Assembly (NCBI GenBank): GCA_963664705.1
Contig: OY761556.1
Span: forward strand, 2,112,001-2,176,000
Source of the DNA: Acidobacteriota bacterium
Lineage (GTDB): Bacteria > Acidobacteriota > UBA6911
Reading direction: 5' to 3'
DNA length: 64,000 nt
Below are positions 1 to 10,714 of this stretch, piece by piece. The translations under genes were made by a program, and so were the position numbers. Below the pieces are notes generated by a model. That model saw only the letters and a list, made by a program, of their open reading frames with translations, made no database searches and was not told the origin of the DNA. Position 1 is the stretch's first letter. The number at the start of each line of letters is the position of its first letter.

Positions 1-892
1 TCAGCCCGCATGTTACGGCACTTCGCCGCTCCTCACCTTCCGTAATCCAGACGCGCGTATCCTTCCACATCGTGGAATGACCTTTCCATCTTTCCAGCAA
101 TTCGACATGACGTCCCTGTTCGAAAATGAGGAAACCTTCCTGGAAATTCCTCAAAAAGGTTACGAGGACCTGCCGACGCGGCACCATAACGCCGGCCATA
201 TCATCCAGGCAGGTGGCCACCGACTCCAACGGCTCAGGCACGCTGCCAGACCGGACGTTGATCCCCACGCCAACGACGGCCGCGCTCGATGCTCCCACCG
301 TTGTTGCCTCCAGCAGTATGCCGGCGCATTTCCTGCCCGAAATCATGACGTCATTCGGCCACTTGAGATCGATGTCCAGGGAGTTCCGAAAAATGCCGAG
401 GCCCTGAAGCTCTTTCAGAGTCTCCGCCAGTGCAAGCGAGGCCACGTGCGTTAGCAAAGGCCACAACTGCATTTCCGGAGTCGGACGGAGCACCACCGTA
501 AAGAAGAGGCCTTTCCGGGCATTTGAAAACCAGGATCGGCCGTTTCTTCCCTTACCCGCCGTCTGTTCTTCGGTAATAACCAGCGTTCCGGAAGGCGCTC
601 CCTTCCGCACCAGTTCGAGCGCTTCACTGTTTGTCGAATGCGTTCTGAAAAATCCGTTCACCCTTAAGAGCGGCCATGCGGTCGCCGGAGTTTCCTGCTC
701 TATCCAGTAAGGGATCAGCTGATCCTGGTCAAATTCGAGCCGCACACGCCCGTCCGCAACTTTGAGCCGGATCCCCCATTCCCTGCACTGCTCCAGTTCG
801 CGTTGGAACCACGGGGCAGCATTCAGGGGCAATCCGTTTTCACCTACGTGTCCAAGGTCAATAAGCAGAGAAGGAACTTTGAGAATTGGCAT
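1..892 (-). CDS. birA: Biotin--[acetyl-CoA-carboxylase] ligase, 3' end runs off the window
   Basis: Not in the ORF track because it is open at the edge. Manual translation from ATG 892 gives ...STNSEA...EEQTAGKGRNGRSWFS...KWPNDVMISGRKCAGILLE...GVGINV, the BirA/BPL motifs. Confidence 0.88.
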   Translation of the reverse strand, partial: MPILKVPSLLIDLGHVGENGLPLNAAPWFQRELEQCREWGIRLKVADGRVRLEFDQDQLIPYWIEQETPATAWPLLRVNGFFRTHSTNSEALELVRKGAPSGTLVITEEQTAGKGRNGRSWFSNARKGLFFTVVLRPTPEMQLWPLLTHVASLALAETLKELQGLGIFRNSLDIDLKWPNDVMISGRKCAGILLEATTVGASSAAVVGVGINVRSGSVPEPLESVATCLDDMAGVMVPRRQVLVTFLRNFQEGFLIFEQGRHVELLERWKGHSTMWKDTRVWITEGEERRSAVTCGL

Positions 893-933
893 AGTTGCTT
901 GAATCCCTCAACCCATAATGGTGAGCCAGGAGC

Positions 934-3609
934 CTAATCAACCGGCAGCCTTGCCAGGTTTGACTCCAGTTTACGCTGTCGGTCCATCAGTTCATCATGA
1001 CGAGTACGATTTTCGGATACGATGGCTTCAGGCGCGCGTGCAACGAAATCGGCGTTATTCAGTTTATTCAAAATTCGCCCAATCTCTTCCGCAACTTTGC
1101 CGATCTCCTTCGTCATCCGCTCGCGCTCGGACGCGACGTTGATGGCATCATGTACATCCAGCCCGAACTCTCCGAGCCGGCTGACTCCCCGCAGCAAATT
1201 CCCTGCCGCTGCAGCCGAAAACTCAAACGCATTCAGCCGCGCCAGCGATCGAATCTTCGGCAGGTTGGCCTCAACCAGGGTTTTGTCGGTTTCTGAAGAG
1301 GTCACAAGCACTGCGTCCAGGGCCTTCTTGGGATCAATATTCATCTCCGCGCGCAGCGACCGTATGGCGCTGATAAGCTCCATTAAATCCTGCATTTTCT
1401 GCGAAGCATCGGCATTTTCCAGCGCTTTCCGGAACTGCGGGAATGCCTGCACCATGATAGACCCGCCGTCGTGGGGAAGCTTCTGCCAGATCTCCTCTGT
1501 AATGAATGGCATGAATGGATGCAGCATCCTCAGAGCGAAATCCATTGTGTGGAGCAGGACCTGAATGCGTGGATGCCGCTCGGCCTGCGGCAAAGACGGA
1601 TTGGTTAGAACAGGCTTGACCAGCTCGATATACCAGTCGCACAGCTCATGCCATATGAATTGATAAATCAGCGCGGAGGCTTCGTGGAATCTGAATTTGT
1701 CGAGCGCTTCCGAGATCTCCGCGGCAACCTGATTCAGCCGGTGCAGGATCCACTGGTCTTCAATCGGCATCGCTTCTCTATTCGATTGAACGAGCGCATC
1801 GATGATTTCCGGGGCGACGTAATCATCCTCGTCCCTCAAATTCATCATAATAAATCGCGCTGCATTCCAGACCTTGTTGGCAAAGGCGCTATAGCCCTTC
1901 ATCCGATCCGATGAAAATGGAATGTCGGTCCCCGGTACTGCCATGGACGAAAGAGTGAATCGAACCGCATCGGCTCCAAACTCATCGATCAGCTGAAGCG
2001 GCTCAATGATATTCCCCTTTGTCTTGCTCATCTTCTGCCGCGCCGCATCCCGCACGATTCCATTGATGTGAACCTGCTTGAAGGGGATGTCTTTTGCAAA
2101 CTTCAGCCCCATCATGATCATTCGTGCAACCCAGAAGAAGATAATATCCGGGCCGGTAATTAGAACATCCGTCGGGTAGAAAGTCCGGAGATCGGCGCTG
2201 TCTTCCGGCCATCCGAGTGTCGAGAACGGCCAGAGCGCTGAACTAAACCATGTGTCCAGGATATCCTCTTCCGCACGCAGCGGGCCGCCGCAACGGCTGC
2301 ATTGCGAGGGCGCGGTTCTCGCCACCATAATTTCCCCGCAGGCATCACAATACCAGGCCGGAATCCGATGCCCCCACCAGAGTTGTCGGGAAATGCACCA
2401 ATCGTGGATGTTGTACATCCAGTCGAAATAGCGATTTTTAAAGTTGTCCGGCACAAACTGAATACTGCTGTTTTCAACGGCTTCGATGGCAGGTTTTGCC
2501 AGGCTTTCTATCTTCAGATACCACTGCATCGAGACTTTCGGTTCCACGACGGTGGAACATCGATAACACTGCGCTACATTGTGGCTGTAGTCATCAATCT
2601 TCCACAAATAGCCTTCATGCTCCAGTTGCTGCACCAGCTTTTTGCGGCATTCAAAACGGTCCATTCCCTTGTATGGGCCTGCCGCTTCGGTCATCTTCGC
2701 ATCATCATCGATAACCGTTATCTTGGCTAATCCATGCCGCACACCCGCCGAATAGTCATTCGGATCATGCGCCGGAGTAACCTTGACCGCTCCCGTTCCG
2801 AACTCGCGATCGACAAAGGAATCCGCGATAATCGGAATCTCCCGGTTCATTACCGGCAGCAGCACTTTTTTCCCTACCAGATTTGTGTACCGTTCGTCGT
2901 CCGGATGAACCGCAACCGCGGTATCGCCCAGCATGGTTTCCGGTCGCGTTGTTGCCACGATGACATATTCGTCGGTGCCCACCACGGGATATCGGATGTG
3001 CCATAGTTTCCCGCTATTCGCAGGCGCATAGACCACTTCAAGATCGGAAATGGCCGTCTTGCAGCGTGGACACCAATTGACGATATATTCGCCGCGGTAA
3101 ATCAGCCCCTCTTCGTAAAGGCGGACAAAAACCTCGACCACAGCCCGCGAGAGCTGTTCATCCATCGTGAAACGCTCTCGACTCCAGTCACACGACACAC
3201 CCATGCGCCGCATCTGGTTCAGGATGGTCCCGCCGCTCGACTGCTTCCATTCCCAGGCGACTTTCATGAATTCGTCGCGCCCAAGATCGAAACGGCTTCG
3301 TTTCTCTTTCTCGAACCGCTTATCCAATACGTAATGCACCGCAATGCTTGCATGATCGGTCCCGGGCAGCCAGAGCGTGTTGAATCCGCTCATCCTCTTC
3401 CAGCGCACGAGTATGTCGTGCAACGTATGCTGCAAGGCATGCCCCATATGCAGGGAACCCGTAACATTCGGCGGCGGGATGACAATCGAAAACTTGGGTT
3501 TTGTAGATGCATTATCGGCCTGGAAGAATCCACTGTTTTCCCAGAAGCCATACCACTTCTGCTCGAATGTGCCCGGTTCATAGGATTTGGCAAGCTGTTC
3601 GCGAGACAT
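934..3609 (-). CDS. valS: Valine--tRNA ligase
   Basis: 891 aa; PPPNVTGSLHMGHA (HIGH-type) and KMSKT (KMSKS-type) motifs, DWCISRQLWWGH, C-terminal coiled coil. Confidence 0.98.
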   Translation of the reverse strand: MSREQLAKSYEPGTFEQKWYGFWENSGFFQADNASTKPKFSIVIPPPNVTGSLHMGHALQHTLHDILVRWKRMSGFNTLWLPGTDHASIAVHYVLDKRFEKEKRSRFDLGRDEFMKVAWEWKQSSGGTILNQMRRMGVSCDWSRERFTMDEQLSRAVVEVFVRLYEEGLIYRGEYIVNWCPRCKTAISDLEVVYAPANSGKLWHIRYPVVGTDEYVIVATTRPETMLGDTAVAVHPDDERYTNLVGKKVLLPVMNREIPIIADSFVDREFGTGAVKVTPAHDPNDYSAGVRHGLAKITVIDDDAKMTEAAGPYKGMDRFECRKKLVQQLEHEGYLWKIDDYSHNVAQCYRCSTVVEPKVSMQWYLKIESLAKPAIEAVENSSIQFVPDNFKNRYFDWMYNIHDWCISRQLWWGHRIPAWYCDACGEIMVARTAPSQCSRCGGPLRAEEDILDTWFSSALWPFSTLGWPEDSADLRTFYPTDVLITGPDIIFFWVARMIMMGLKFAKDIPFKQVHINGIVRDAARQKMSKTKGNIIEPLQLIDEFGADAVRFTLSSMAVPGTDIPFSSDRMKGYSAFANKVWNAARFIMMNLRDEDDYVAPEIIDALVQSNREAMPIEDQWILHRLNQVAAEISEALDKFRFHEASALIYQFIWHELCDWYIELVKPVLTNPSLPQAERHPRIQVLLHTMDFALRMLHPFMPFITEEIWQKLPHDGGSIMVQAFPQFRKALENADASQKMQDLMELISAIRSLRAEMNIDPKKALDAVLVTSSETDKTLVEANLPKIRSLARLNAFEFSAAAAGNLLRGVSRLGEFGLDVHDAINVASERERMTKEIGKVAEEIGRILNKLNNADFVARAPEAIVSENRTRHDELMDRQRKLESNLARLPVD

Positions 3610-3748
3610 TTCGGATACCTCTTCAAATGGTTAAAAACTGGAGCGAGACAAAAGTTTGAATTTTATTCGAATCTTGAGGTTTAGTCTAGCGAATCACCAC
3701 GGGGAGTACACGGGCTTCTTGCCGCGGCTGGAAATTATCAATCGGCAA

Positions 3749-3909
3749 CGGGAGGCACCGCCGTCCCGGCATCAGCCTCGTGGAAGCGGACATGCTCTTG
3801 GCAGGGGTGAAGCGCACCAACCTCCGACTGGATTAGGAGCCCTGAGGGGGCGAAAGATCGGCAATTGCAAAAAAGTAAATGGCAGTAGGCGAGACGCCGG
3901 CGCTCCCGG
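3749..3909. repeat. Decayed composite REP-like element
   Basis: Outer arms CGGGAGGCACCGCCGTCCCGGC (3749-3770) and GGCGAGACGCCGGCGCTCCCGG (3888-3909). Inner GGGGTGAAGCG and GAGCCCTGAGGGGGCGAAAGATCGG match the 56.7-57.5 kb cluster. Confidence 0.6.
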
Positions 3910-3918
3910 TGGTCTCGC

Positions 3919-4629
3919 TTATTGCTGATCCTTCATCGTATCGCGGATTATTGCTTCCGATAACTCAGGAACAACCTCCCAGGCCACGTCGCGAATTACC
4001 TCCGGAGACATTTTGCGGACAACCCTGTCGACAATATCGTTCAGGGTTTCCTCGGAAATGGCCGGTGCTGCCACAGCTTGCGGCTGCGGCTCAGGCTTGG
4101 TGATAGTTTGCACGGAAGCGCCGGCAGATCTGACTTCGGGACTGAATATATCCAGAACTCTCTTTTCGCCAAGAAAGGACTGGATGGCTGCCTGGCTTAC
4201 CATTCCTTTGCCGGCAATCGCCGGGGCAGAAATGGCGCTATTCGGGTTTGTGTAGCCCACCAACTGGTGAACGGTCTGGATGAGCTCCTCGGTATCAAAG
4301 GGCTTCGTGAGATGCCCATCGCACCGCACCCTAGAGGCTTCCTCATCATCAAATGGTTCAAACGTTCCGACCAGCAGGACAACGGGTATTTTCTTAAACT
4401 CCGGATCTTCCTTGATGCGGGCGCAGAGTTCATAGCCGCTGCATCCCGGCATGAACACATCGGCCAAAACGATGTCCGGTTTGAATCGCCGAAGCGCTTC
4501 AAACGCAGATTCCCCATCAGAAACCGCCTCAATCGCGGCATCCTCTCCGCAAAAAGCGAGGCTGACAATTTTTTGGATTGTTATACTGTCATCCGCGATA
4601 AAGACTTTTAAGGTCATTGGGGGGCTCAC
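3919..4629 (-). CDS. Response regulator: receiver domain, linker and RomR-like C-terminal helix
   Basis: Receiver motifs ADDS, LADVFMPG and TKPF; Pro/Ala linker; C-terminal IRDVAWEVVPELSEAII; no DNA-binding domain. Confidence 0.85.
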   Translation of the reverse strand: MSPPMTLKVFIADDSITIQKIVSLAFCGEDAAIEAVSDGESAFEALRRFKPDIVLADVFMPGCSGYELCARIKEDPEFKKIPVVLLVGTFEPFDDEEASRVRCDGHLTKPFDTEELIQTVHQLVGYTNPNSAISAPAIAGKGMVSQAAIQSFLGEKRVLDIFSPEVRSAGASVQTITKPEPQPQAVAAPAISEETLNDIVDRVVRKMSPEVIRDVAWEVVPELSEAIIRDTMKDQQ

Positions 4630-5768
4630 GAAGGTTTTTTGACGTTTTTCTTTCTGGTTTTGGTCGGCTCTTTTTTCTTTTCCTCGGCGTTCTGCTGAGG
4701 CGGCGCGGGAACCGGGCCCACAACCGTGGTATCCTGAGTCTCGCCGGTGGCGCTCTTTTTGATCGTCACCTGAATCTCAGTGCCGGACTGCCCTTCACCC
4801 GTTTTGCCTGCGGCAGTGGCTTCTGCCGTCTTCGACTCTTCTACCGTCCGCTTGGCCTGCTCATAGACATCGGGGGGAGCTACAATGCCGAGTGCCTTCC
4901 CGAATTCGATAAACGGCTTCAGGGGCGAAAAACTTTCAGGCGGCTTGATCCGTGCCTGATTCATGGCCGCAACTGTTATATCGACAGAAGGAACGGGTTT
5001 GCCCAGTGAATTCAGCTTCGCCTTTGCCTCATCGGCATGCCGGCTGAAGGGGTATGCGCTCACAATCTTGGAATAATTGATCGCCGCTTCATCCGGATTG
5101 TTGGCTTTTTCCTGAATGCCTGCCAGGTTGAAAAGGACCTCGTCCATTTTGGAATAATGATCGTATTTGTCCTTCACCTCCTGATAGCGCAAACGAGCTC
5201 CGGCGAGGTTGGCCTTCCCTTCATAAAACTGCCCGACCATCATATCCGCGGTTGCCAGGCTTTCCTGAACCTCGAGCTTATACTGATTCACGATTGGGAT
5301 ATAGTCGCTCTCTGGAAACTGGGTTTGGAATTTATTGATGTTTTCGAGCGTTTTGTACGAGTACTGCTGATCCCGATCCGGAGAACGCATCATGCGATAA
5401 TTCAGAGCGATGACCTTCAGAGCCGCATCCGGCGCTTTGGGATGCGTAGGGAAAAAGATGATGAAGTTCTTGTAGGAGTCCTCCGCCTGCAGCAGATTCT
5501 CGGTTCCGCCTTCGTCGTAGTAGGAATCCCCAATAGCCAGCACGGCATCCGGCGCCACATCACTGTCGGGGTACGTGTTCATCAGTGTCTGGAAAGCCAG
5601 GCGCGCCTTGATGTACTGACTCTTCTTCAAATAATCCGACCCGGTTTCGAAAAGGGTCTTGTCCGGGGGGACGACGCTCTTCTGCAACTTGGCTGTTTTC
5701 TGGACGCAGCCCCCTGAATAAAGCAGGATAGCGCTTAGAATAACAGTACGTATCGTGGGTCTCATCAC
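4626..5768 (-). CDS. bamD: Outer membrane protein assembly lipoprotein BamD
   Basis: Lipobox-like SGGC, TPR helices, FFPTHP and PDRDQ motifs typical of BamD/YfiO. Confidence 0.88.
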   Translation of the reverse strand: MMRPTIRTVILSAILLYSGGCVQKTAKLQKSVVPPDKTLFETGSDYLKKSQYIKARLAFQTLMNTYPDSDVAPDAVLAIGDSYYDEGGTENLLQAEDSYKNFIIFFPTHPKAPDAALKVIALNYRMMRSPDRDQQYSYKTLENINKFQTQFPESDYIPIVNQYKLEVQESLATADMMVGQFYEGKANLAGARLRYQEVKDKYDHYSKMDEVLFNLAGIQEKANNPDEAAINYSKIVSAYPFSRHADEAKAKLNSLGKPVPSVDITVAAMNQARIKPPESFSPLKPFIEFGKALGIVAPPDVYEQAKRTVEESKTAEATAAGKTGEGQSGTEIQVTIKKSATGETQDTTVVGPVPAPPQQNAEEKKKEPTKTRKKNVKKPS

Positions 5769-5812
5769 CTAAATTGCCTCCAAATTCAAGGACGCCAGGC
5801 GGATAGAATGGG

Positions 5813-6499
5813 CTAACCCAGACTTCCGGAATACTGCGCGGCAATCCTCTTCATGTCTTGTACCGCCTCGGAAGCACCCCTCTCAGAGCTGAAGACGGCA
5901 GATCCAGCAACGATGATCTCAGCTCCGGCAGCGAGAACATCCTGTAGATTACCCGGACCTATTCCCCCATCCACCTCAATCCGGGTCGAATACCCATTGG
6001 ATACGATAATCTCTCGCAGCTGTCTCACTTTTTTTAACGTATAGGGGATAAATTTCTGACCGCCGAATCCGGGATTCACAGTCATGATGAGAACAAAGTC
6101 GGCGATGGGAAGCACTTGTTCCAGTGAACTCAAGGCGGTTCCGGGATTAATCGCTACCCCGGCCCGAACTCCATTTGCCTTCAGATACTGCAGAGAACGA
6201 TCCAGATGCGTATCTGCCTCGACATGCACAGATAACCAGTTCACCCCGGCCTGGATAAACGAGTCCAGGTACCGATCAGGCGTTTCGATCATGAGATGGG
6301 CATCTAATGGAAGTCCAGTAATTTTGCGAATCGAACCGACAACGGGAGGACCTATCGTGATATTCGGAACAAAATGGCCGTCCATCACGTCCAGGTGAAT
6401 GACGTCAGCTCCACCCTGTTCCGCTTTTTCAATCTCATGAGCCAGCTGGGCAAAATCCGCCGACAGGATGGATGGGGCAATTTCTATTTTCGGTCTCAA
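5813..6499 (-). CDS. rpe: Ribulose-phosphate 3-epimerase
   Basis: APSILSADF, HLDVMDGHFVPN, MTVNPGFGGQ and VDGG motifs. Confidence 0.97.
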   Translation of the reverse strand: MRPKIEIAPSILSADFAQLAHEIEKAEQGGADVIHLDVMDGHFVPNITIGPPVVGSIRKITGLPLDAHLMIETPDRYLDSFIQAGVNWLSVHVEADTHLDRSLQYLKANGVRAGVAINPGTALSSLEQVLPIADFVLIMTVNPGFGGQKFIPYTLKKVRQLREIIVSNGYSTRIEVDGGIGPGNLQDVLAAGAEIIVAGSAVFSSERGASEAVQDMKRIAAQYSGSLG

Positions 6500-6637
6500 T
6501 TTGCAATACCACCTTTAGGCGCTGCGCGCGCGTCGGTGAAGAGTAGCACACCCCCAGAAGCCAATCAAGCCGATTGCCTCCTAACAGCTTGCAGCGTCAA
6601 GAGTTTCCAGACACTTCAGAGTGCGGCTTCCTGCGAC

Positions 6638-7924
6638 TTATTTGGTGCGAACCAGCAGCGCCGCAAAAAAGCCATCCCAAAGCCTTGCCGTCGGAAAAGT
6701 CCTTACCATTCCGTCTTCACCAATCCAATTCTCTATTCCACCAGGTGAAACCGGGCGCTCGAGGCTGAACTCCGGATGCGCCTTCAAAAAGGCTTCCACT
6801 ACCTGCTCATTCTCCTCCGGCTCGGTTGAACAGGTCGAATACAACAGCCTTCCGCCAATGCGCACTTGGGACGAAACCGCCTCCAGGATCTGACTTTGCG
6901 ATTGGCACAGGAGAGGAAAATTCCTTTCCGGTTCAAAACTCCACTTTATTTCCGGGTTTCTTCTCAAAGTTCCCAGGCCGGAACACGGGACATCGGCCAG
7001 AACCGCGTCATAGGCATGCCGGAATGGAGCCGGCTTGGATGCGTCGGCCACCAAAACCAACCGACTGCCGGTCTCTCCCTGGCATCTGAGATCGCCCAGT
7101 CGCCGAGCTCGATCCAGGCGCAAATCGCTGGCCACCACCGTCCCCGAAACTCCGCACAGAAAGCTCAGCACGGCACTCTTACCGCCCGGCGCCGCACACG
7201 CATCCCAGACACGCCATCCCTCGATGTCACCCAATAAATAGGGAATCAGCTGGGATCCCTCGTCCTGGTATTGAACGCCTGGATCCTGTTCAGAGGAAGC
7301 CGACGTACGGATAGCCGCCCCCGGAACGGTATCCGAGCGGACCGCTTCAAACGGCAGCGATTCTATCTGATTTCCGTCGAGGCGAAAAGCAGCCTGCGGC
7401 GGCCGATTCAGCGACTGAGCAAACTCCATGGCCATCGCTTCGCCAAATCGGCTTTGCCATCGATCCCACAGCCATTGAGGGAGCGATGCCCGAATCCAGG
7501 CAGGAGCCTGCTGGAGAAAACCCTTTCGTGTCCACGGTCGCGTGCGCGAAAAATGCCGCAGGATGCCATTTAAATACCGGTCAATTCCCCGCCCGACTTC
7601 CCTCTTGGCAATTTCGACCGCATCATTGACCAGGGCATGATCGGGGATCCGATCCATCTGCCACATCTGGTAGAGACTCATTCTCAGCAATGTCCGGGCA
7701 CGTGGGTCGACATCCTGCAAAGGTCTGGACGAGGCTCCCGCCAGCAAAAAATCGAGCGTCCCCTGCCAGCGTAGCGTCCCGTAAACAATTTCGGTGGTAA
7801 GATGCCGGTCCCGGACATCCAGCTCGCCCATGGCGTCGGAATTCAGGGCATCATCGCTAAACACACGTTCGGCCGCGATTTTTCGAAGCAGCCTATAGGA
7901 TAGTTTTCTCGCCGGAGATATCAT
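6638..7924 (-). CDS. rsmB: 16S rRNA (cytosine-967-C5) methyltransferase RsmB/Sun
   Basis: NusB-like N-terminus; QDEGSQ, DACAAPGGKS, DVPCSGLG and YSTCS motifs; follows def-fmt. Confidence 0.93.
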   Translation of the reverse strand: MISPARKLSYRLLRKIAAERVFSDDALNSDAMGELDVRDRHLTTEIVYGTLRWQGTLDFLLAGASSRPLQDVDPRARTLLRMSLYQMWQMDRIPDHALVNDAVEIAKREVGRGIDRYLNGILRHFSRTRPWTRKGFLQQAPAWIRASLPQWLWDRWQSRFGEAMAMEFAQSLNRPPQAAFRLDGNQIESLPFEAVRSDTVPGAAIRTSASSEQDPGVQYQDEGSQLIPYLLGDIEGWRVWDACAAPGGKSAVLSFLCGVSGTVVASDLRLDRARRLGDLRCQGETGSRLVLVADASKPAPFRHAYDAVLADVPCSGLGTLRRNPEIKWSFEPERNFPLLCQSQSQILEAVSSQVRIGGRLLYSTCSTEPEENEQVVEAFLKAHPEFSLERPVSPGGIENWIGEDGMVRTFPTARLWDGFFAALLVRTK

Positions 7925-7995
7925 TCAATCATTCACAAGCGTGGAATTCGGGTAATTGAAGCACTAGCGCTGTCGGTCGCCAGAGTTTGACTGGA

Positions 7996-8928
7996 TCAGG
8001 CGATCCTGTCGCCGATATGAAGGCGCGCCCCATTGGCAAACTGCCTTCCTGTAATATGCGCCTTCCCGGGCATCTGCACCTCGTGCAGCCCGAGGACCGT
8101 TCGGTCTCCGCACTGAACCAGCATCGCGTCCCCCGCAAAACCCAGCAGTTTCCCGGGAACATCGTTGGAACGGGCCTCCTGGAGATCGCTTCTCCAGATA
8201 TGCAGTCGCACTCCGCGAAACTCACAGTAAGCCGCTGGCCATGGGTTCAGACCGCGAATCTGGTTGTGGATCTCCTGGGCCGGCCTTTCCAGCGATATCC
8301 TGGCAATCTCCTTGGTAATGCGAGGAGCCCAGGTCACCAGACCTTCCTCCTGCTCCACGGGCACCAATTCCTTCCGCTGCAATTTCGCTAGGGTTTGGAT
8401 CAGCAGATTGGCACCCATCTCCGATAAAGCACTCGATAGCTCTCCGGCGGTCATCTGGGGCGGCAACGGAAACGATTGCTGCATAAGGATCGGGCCCGCA
8501 TCCAGCTTTTCACGCATGATCATGGTTGAAACGCCTGTCTCCGTCTCCCCCTTCAGAATCGCCCACGGCATGGGCGCGGCGCCACGGTAATACGGAAGGA
8601 GCGAGGCATGGATATTGATCGGTGCTATGCGTGCCGACTCAAGAAGCCAACCCGGAAGAATCTGCCCATAGGCAACTACCACGAGAAAATCAGGCTGCAG
8701 TCTTTCAAAAATAGCCCGGTTTTCGTCCAGCCTTATCTTCTCCGGCTGAAAAACCGGGATTCCTCGCACCAGCGCGAGGGTTTTTATCGGACTCGGATGC
8801 AGCTTGTGCCCTCTGCCTGAAGGTCGGTCCGGCTGCGTAAAGACCGCGCCGACCTCGTAGGAGTTATCCAGCAGTTGCCGCAGCGCCGGGACAGCAAACT
8901 CAGGTGTGCCTAAAAAGACAACGCGCAT
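7996..8928 (-). CDS. fmt: Methionyl-tRNA formyltransferase
   Basis: FLGTPEFA, TQPDRPSGRG and NIHASLLPYYRGAAP motifs. Confidence 0.97.
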   Translation of the reverse strand: MRVVFLGTPEFAVPALRQLLDNSYEVGAVFTQPDRPSGRGHKLHPSPIKTLALVRGIPVFQPEKIRLDENRAIFERLQPDFLVVVAYGQILPGWLLESARIAPINIHASLLPYYRGAAPMPWAILKGETETGVSTMIMREKLDAGPILMQQSFPLPPQMTAGELSSALSEMGANLLIQTLAKLQRKELVPVEQEEGLVTWAPRITKEIARISLERPAQEIHNQIRGLNPWPAAYCEFRGVRLHIWRSDLQEARSNDVPGKLLGFAGDAMLVQCGDRTVLGLHEVQMPGKAHITGRQFANGARLHIGDRIA

Positions 8929-8931
8929 TGT

Positions 8932-9441
8932 CTACCAATCACCGGCTTTTGCCAGCTTTTTGATTTTGTTTCGGATCAGTGTTCTTTTTAACGGACTCAA
9001 ACGGTCTACAAAGAGGATGCCATCCAGGTGATCGATCTCATGGCAGAAGCAGCGCGCCAGCAGGCCATCGCCCGTATATTGCACTTCTTCTCCCTTCAGA
9101 TTGACAGCCCGGATTGTGAGCTTTTGCGGTCGGACGACGGTATCGCTGAAATCGGGAATGCTGAGACAACCCTCATCATTTTTCTGCTCGCCTTCGCTCG
9201 AGACGATCTCAGGATTACAAATCACCATCAGCTGAGCCGGATCCTCTCCAACGGACAGGTCTATGGTCACCAGCCGAATATTCACGCCAACCTGGGGCGC
9301 AGCAAGTCCTATCCCCGGCGAACTGTACATGGTTTCGATCATGTTCTGCGCGAGCTTTTCCAGTTCTTCGTCAAAAACATCCACCGGCTTGCTGACTTTT
9401 CTGAGTTCCGGGGATCCGTATTTCAATATCGGTAGTATCAT
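8932..9441 (-). CDS. def: Peptide deformylase
   Basis: GIGLAAPQVG, EGCLSIP and HEIDHLDG motifs; ATG 9441 preferred over TTG 9447. Confidence 0.97.
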   Translation of the reverse strand: MILPILKYGSPELRKVSKPVDVFDEELEKLAQNMIETMYSSPGIGLAAPQVGVNIRLVTIDLSVGEDPAQLMVICNPEIVSSEGEQKNDEGCLSIPDFSDTVVRPQKLTIRAVNLKGEEVQYTGDGLLARCFCHEIDHLDGILFVDRLSPLKRTLIRNKIKKLAKAGDW

Positions 9442-9541
9442 AAACAATTAATTTTAATGGACATACCACCGGGTGTAAAGAGACAACACCTTGAAAATCG
9501 GCATTCAGGTTCGCCAAACGCCTCGGCAGCCTCCGCCTTCG

Positions 9542-10714
9542 TCAGTATTTGTCCAGGCAGCTCAGATAGTTGGCGTAACGGGATTCCATCTCAGAGATGG
9601 AATCGCCGCCGAACTTCTCAACAAATGCCCCGGCGAGGACAATGCTCAGCATCGCTTCCGCAACGACGCCGGCCGCCGGAACAACGCAGACATCACTTCG
9701 TTCCACAACGGCTTCAAAGGCTTCCTTCGTAACAACATCGATAGACGAAAGAGGTTTTCCCAGGGTAGGGATCGGCTTCACATAAGCCCGTACACGCAAA
9801 TCCTCTCCATTGGTGATCCCGCCTTCCAGTCCACCGGCTCTATTCGTTTTCCGAATGAAGCGTTTCTCCGGGGCGTTATAGAAAATCTCATCGTGCACGG
9901 CGGAACCGGCATTTCCTGAGCCTTCAATGCCACAGCCGATTTCTACCGCTTTAACGGAAGGAATGCTCATGATCGCCTGCGCAATCTGTCCGTCCAGCCG
10001 CCGGTCCCATTGGATATGGCTCCCGAGTCCCGTCGGCATTGGCCCCGCAATGACCTCAACGCAGCCGCCCAACGTATCGCCCGCCTGTTTGGCCGCATCA
10101 ATAGCTGCCATCATGCGCTTTCCGGCTTCCGCGTCCAGGCAACGGACAGGCGATTGTAGATCCATGTCGAACACAGCATCACGCACAGGATTTTCAAACT
10201 CACTGCCGATAGGCTCCTTCCCGATGGCAATGACATGGCTGCCGATCCGGATTCCAAAACGCGCCAGCAGCAGCCGGCACAAGGCTCCCACCGCCACACG
10301 CGTTGTCGTCTCACGGGCACTGGCACGCTCGAGAATATCCCGGACATCATGCGTCTGGAATTTAAGTCCGCCCGGCAGATCGGCGTGTCCGGGGCGAGGA
10401 CGCGTGACTCGCCTGAAGTCCACTCCCCCGGGCAAAGCATCGACCGCCATTGCTTCCTGCCAGCTCTCCCAGTCCTTGTTTCGAATGCTGAAGGCGATGG
10501 GGCTTCCAAGAGCCAATCCGTGCCGCACTCCGGAGGTAATCTCAATCACGTCACTCTCAATCTTCATGCGGCCGCCACGGCCATAACCAAGCTGCCGCCG
10601 ATGCAGCTCCTGGTTGATGAAATCAACATCGATCGCCAAGCCATGCGGCAATCCTTCCAACACTCCCGTCAGAGCTTGTCCATGAGATTCACCGGCAGTC
10701 AGGAAACGCAGCAT
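9542..10714 (-). CDS. aroC: Chorismate synthase
   Basis: Begins MLRFLTAGESHG at ATG 10714; RPRPGHAD, ERASARET and ERSDVC motifs. Confidence 0.97.
   Translation of the reverse strand: MLRFLTAGESHGQALTGVLEGLPHGLAIDVDFINQELHRRQLGYGRGGRMKIESDVIEITSGVRHGLALGSPIAFSIRNKDWESWQEAMAVDALPGGVDFRRVTRPRPGHADLPGGLKFQTHDVRDILERASARETTTRVAVGALCRLLLARFGIRIGSHVIAIGKEPIGSEFENPVRDAVFDMDLQSPVRCLDAEAGKRMMAAIDAAKQAGDTLGGCVEVIAGPMPTGLGSHIQWDRRLDGQIAQAIMSIPSVKAVEIGCGIEGSGNAGSAVHDEIFYNAPEKRFIRKTNRAGGLEGGITNGEDLRVRAYVKPIPTLGKPLSSIDVVTKEAFEAVVERSDVCVVPAAGVVAEAMLSIVLAGAFVEKFGGDSISEMESRYANYLSCLDKY

Noticed and set aside
3610-3918. T-box riboswitch upstream of valS
   Set aside because: No T-box motif or antiterminator found; much of the region is explained by REP-like repeats.
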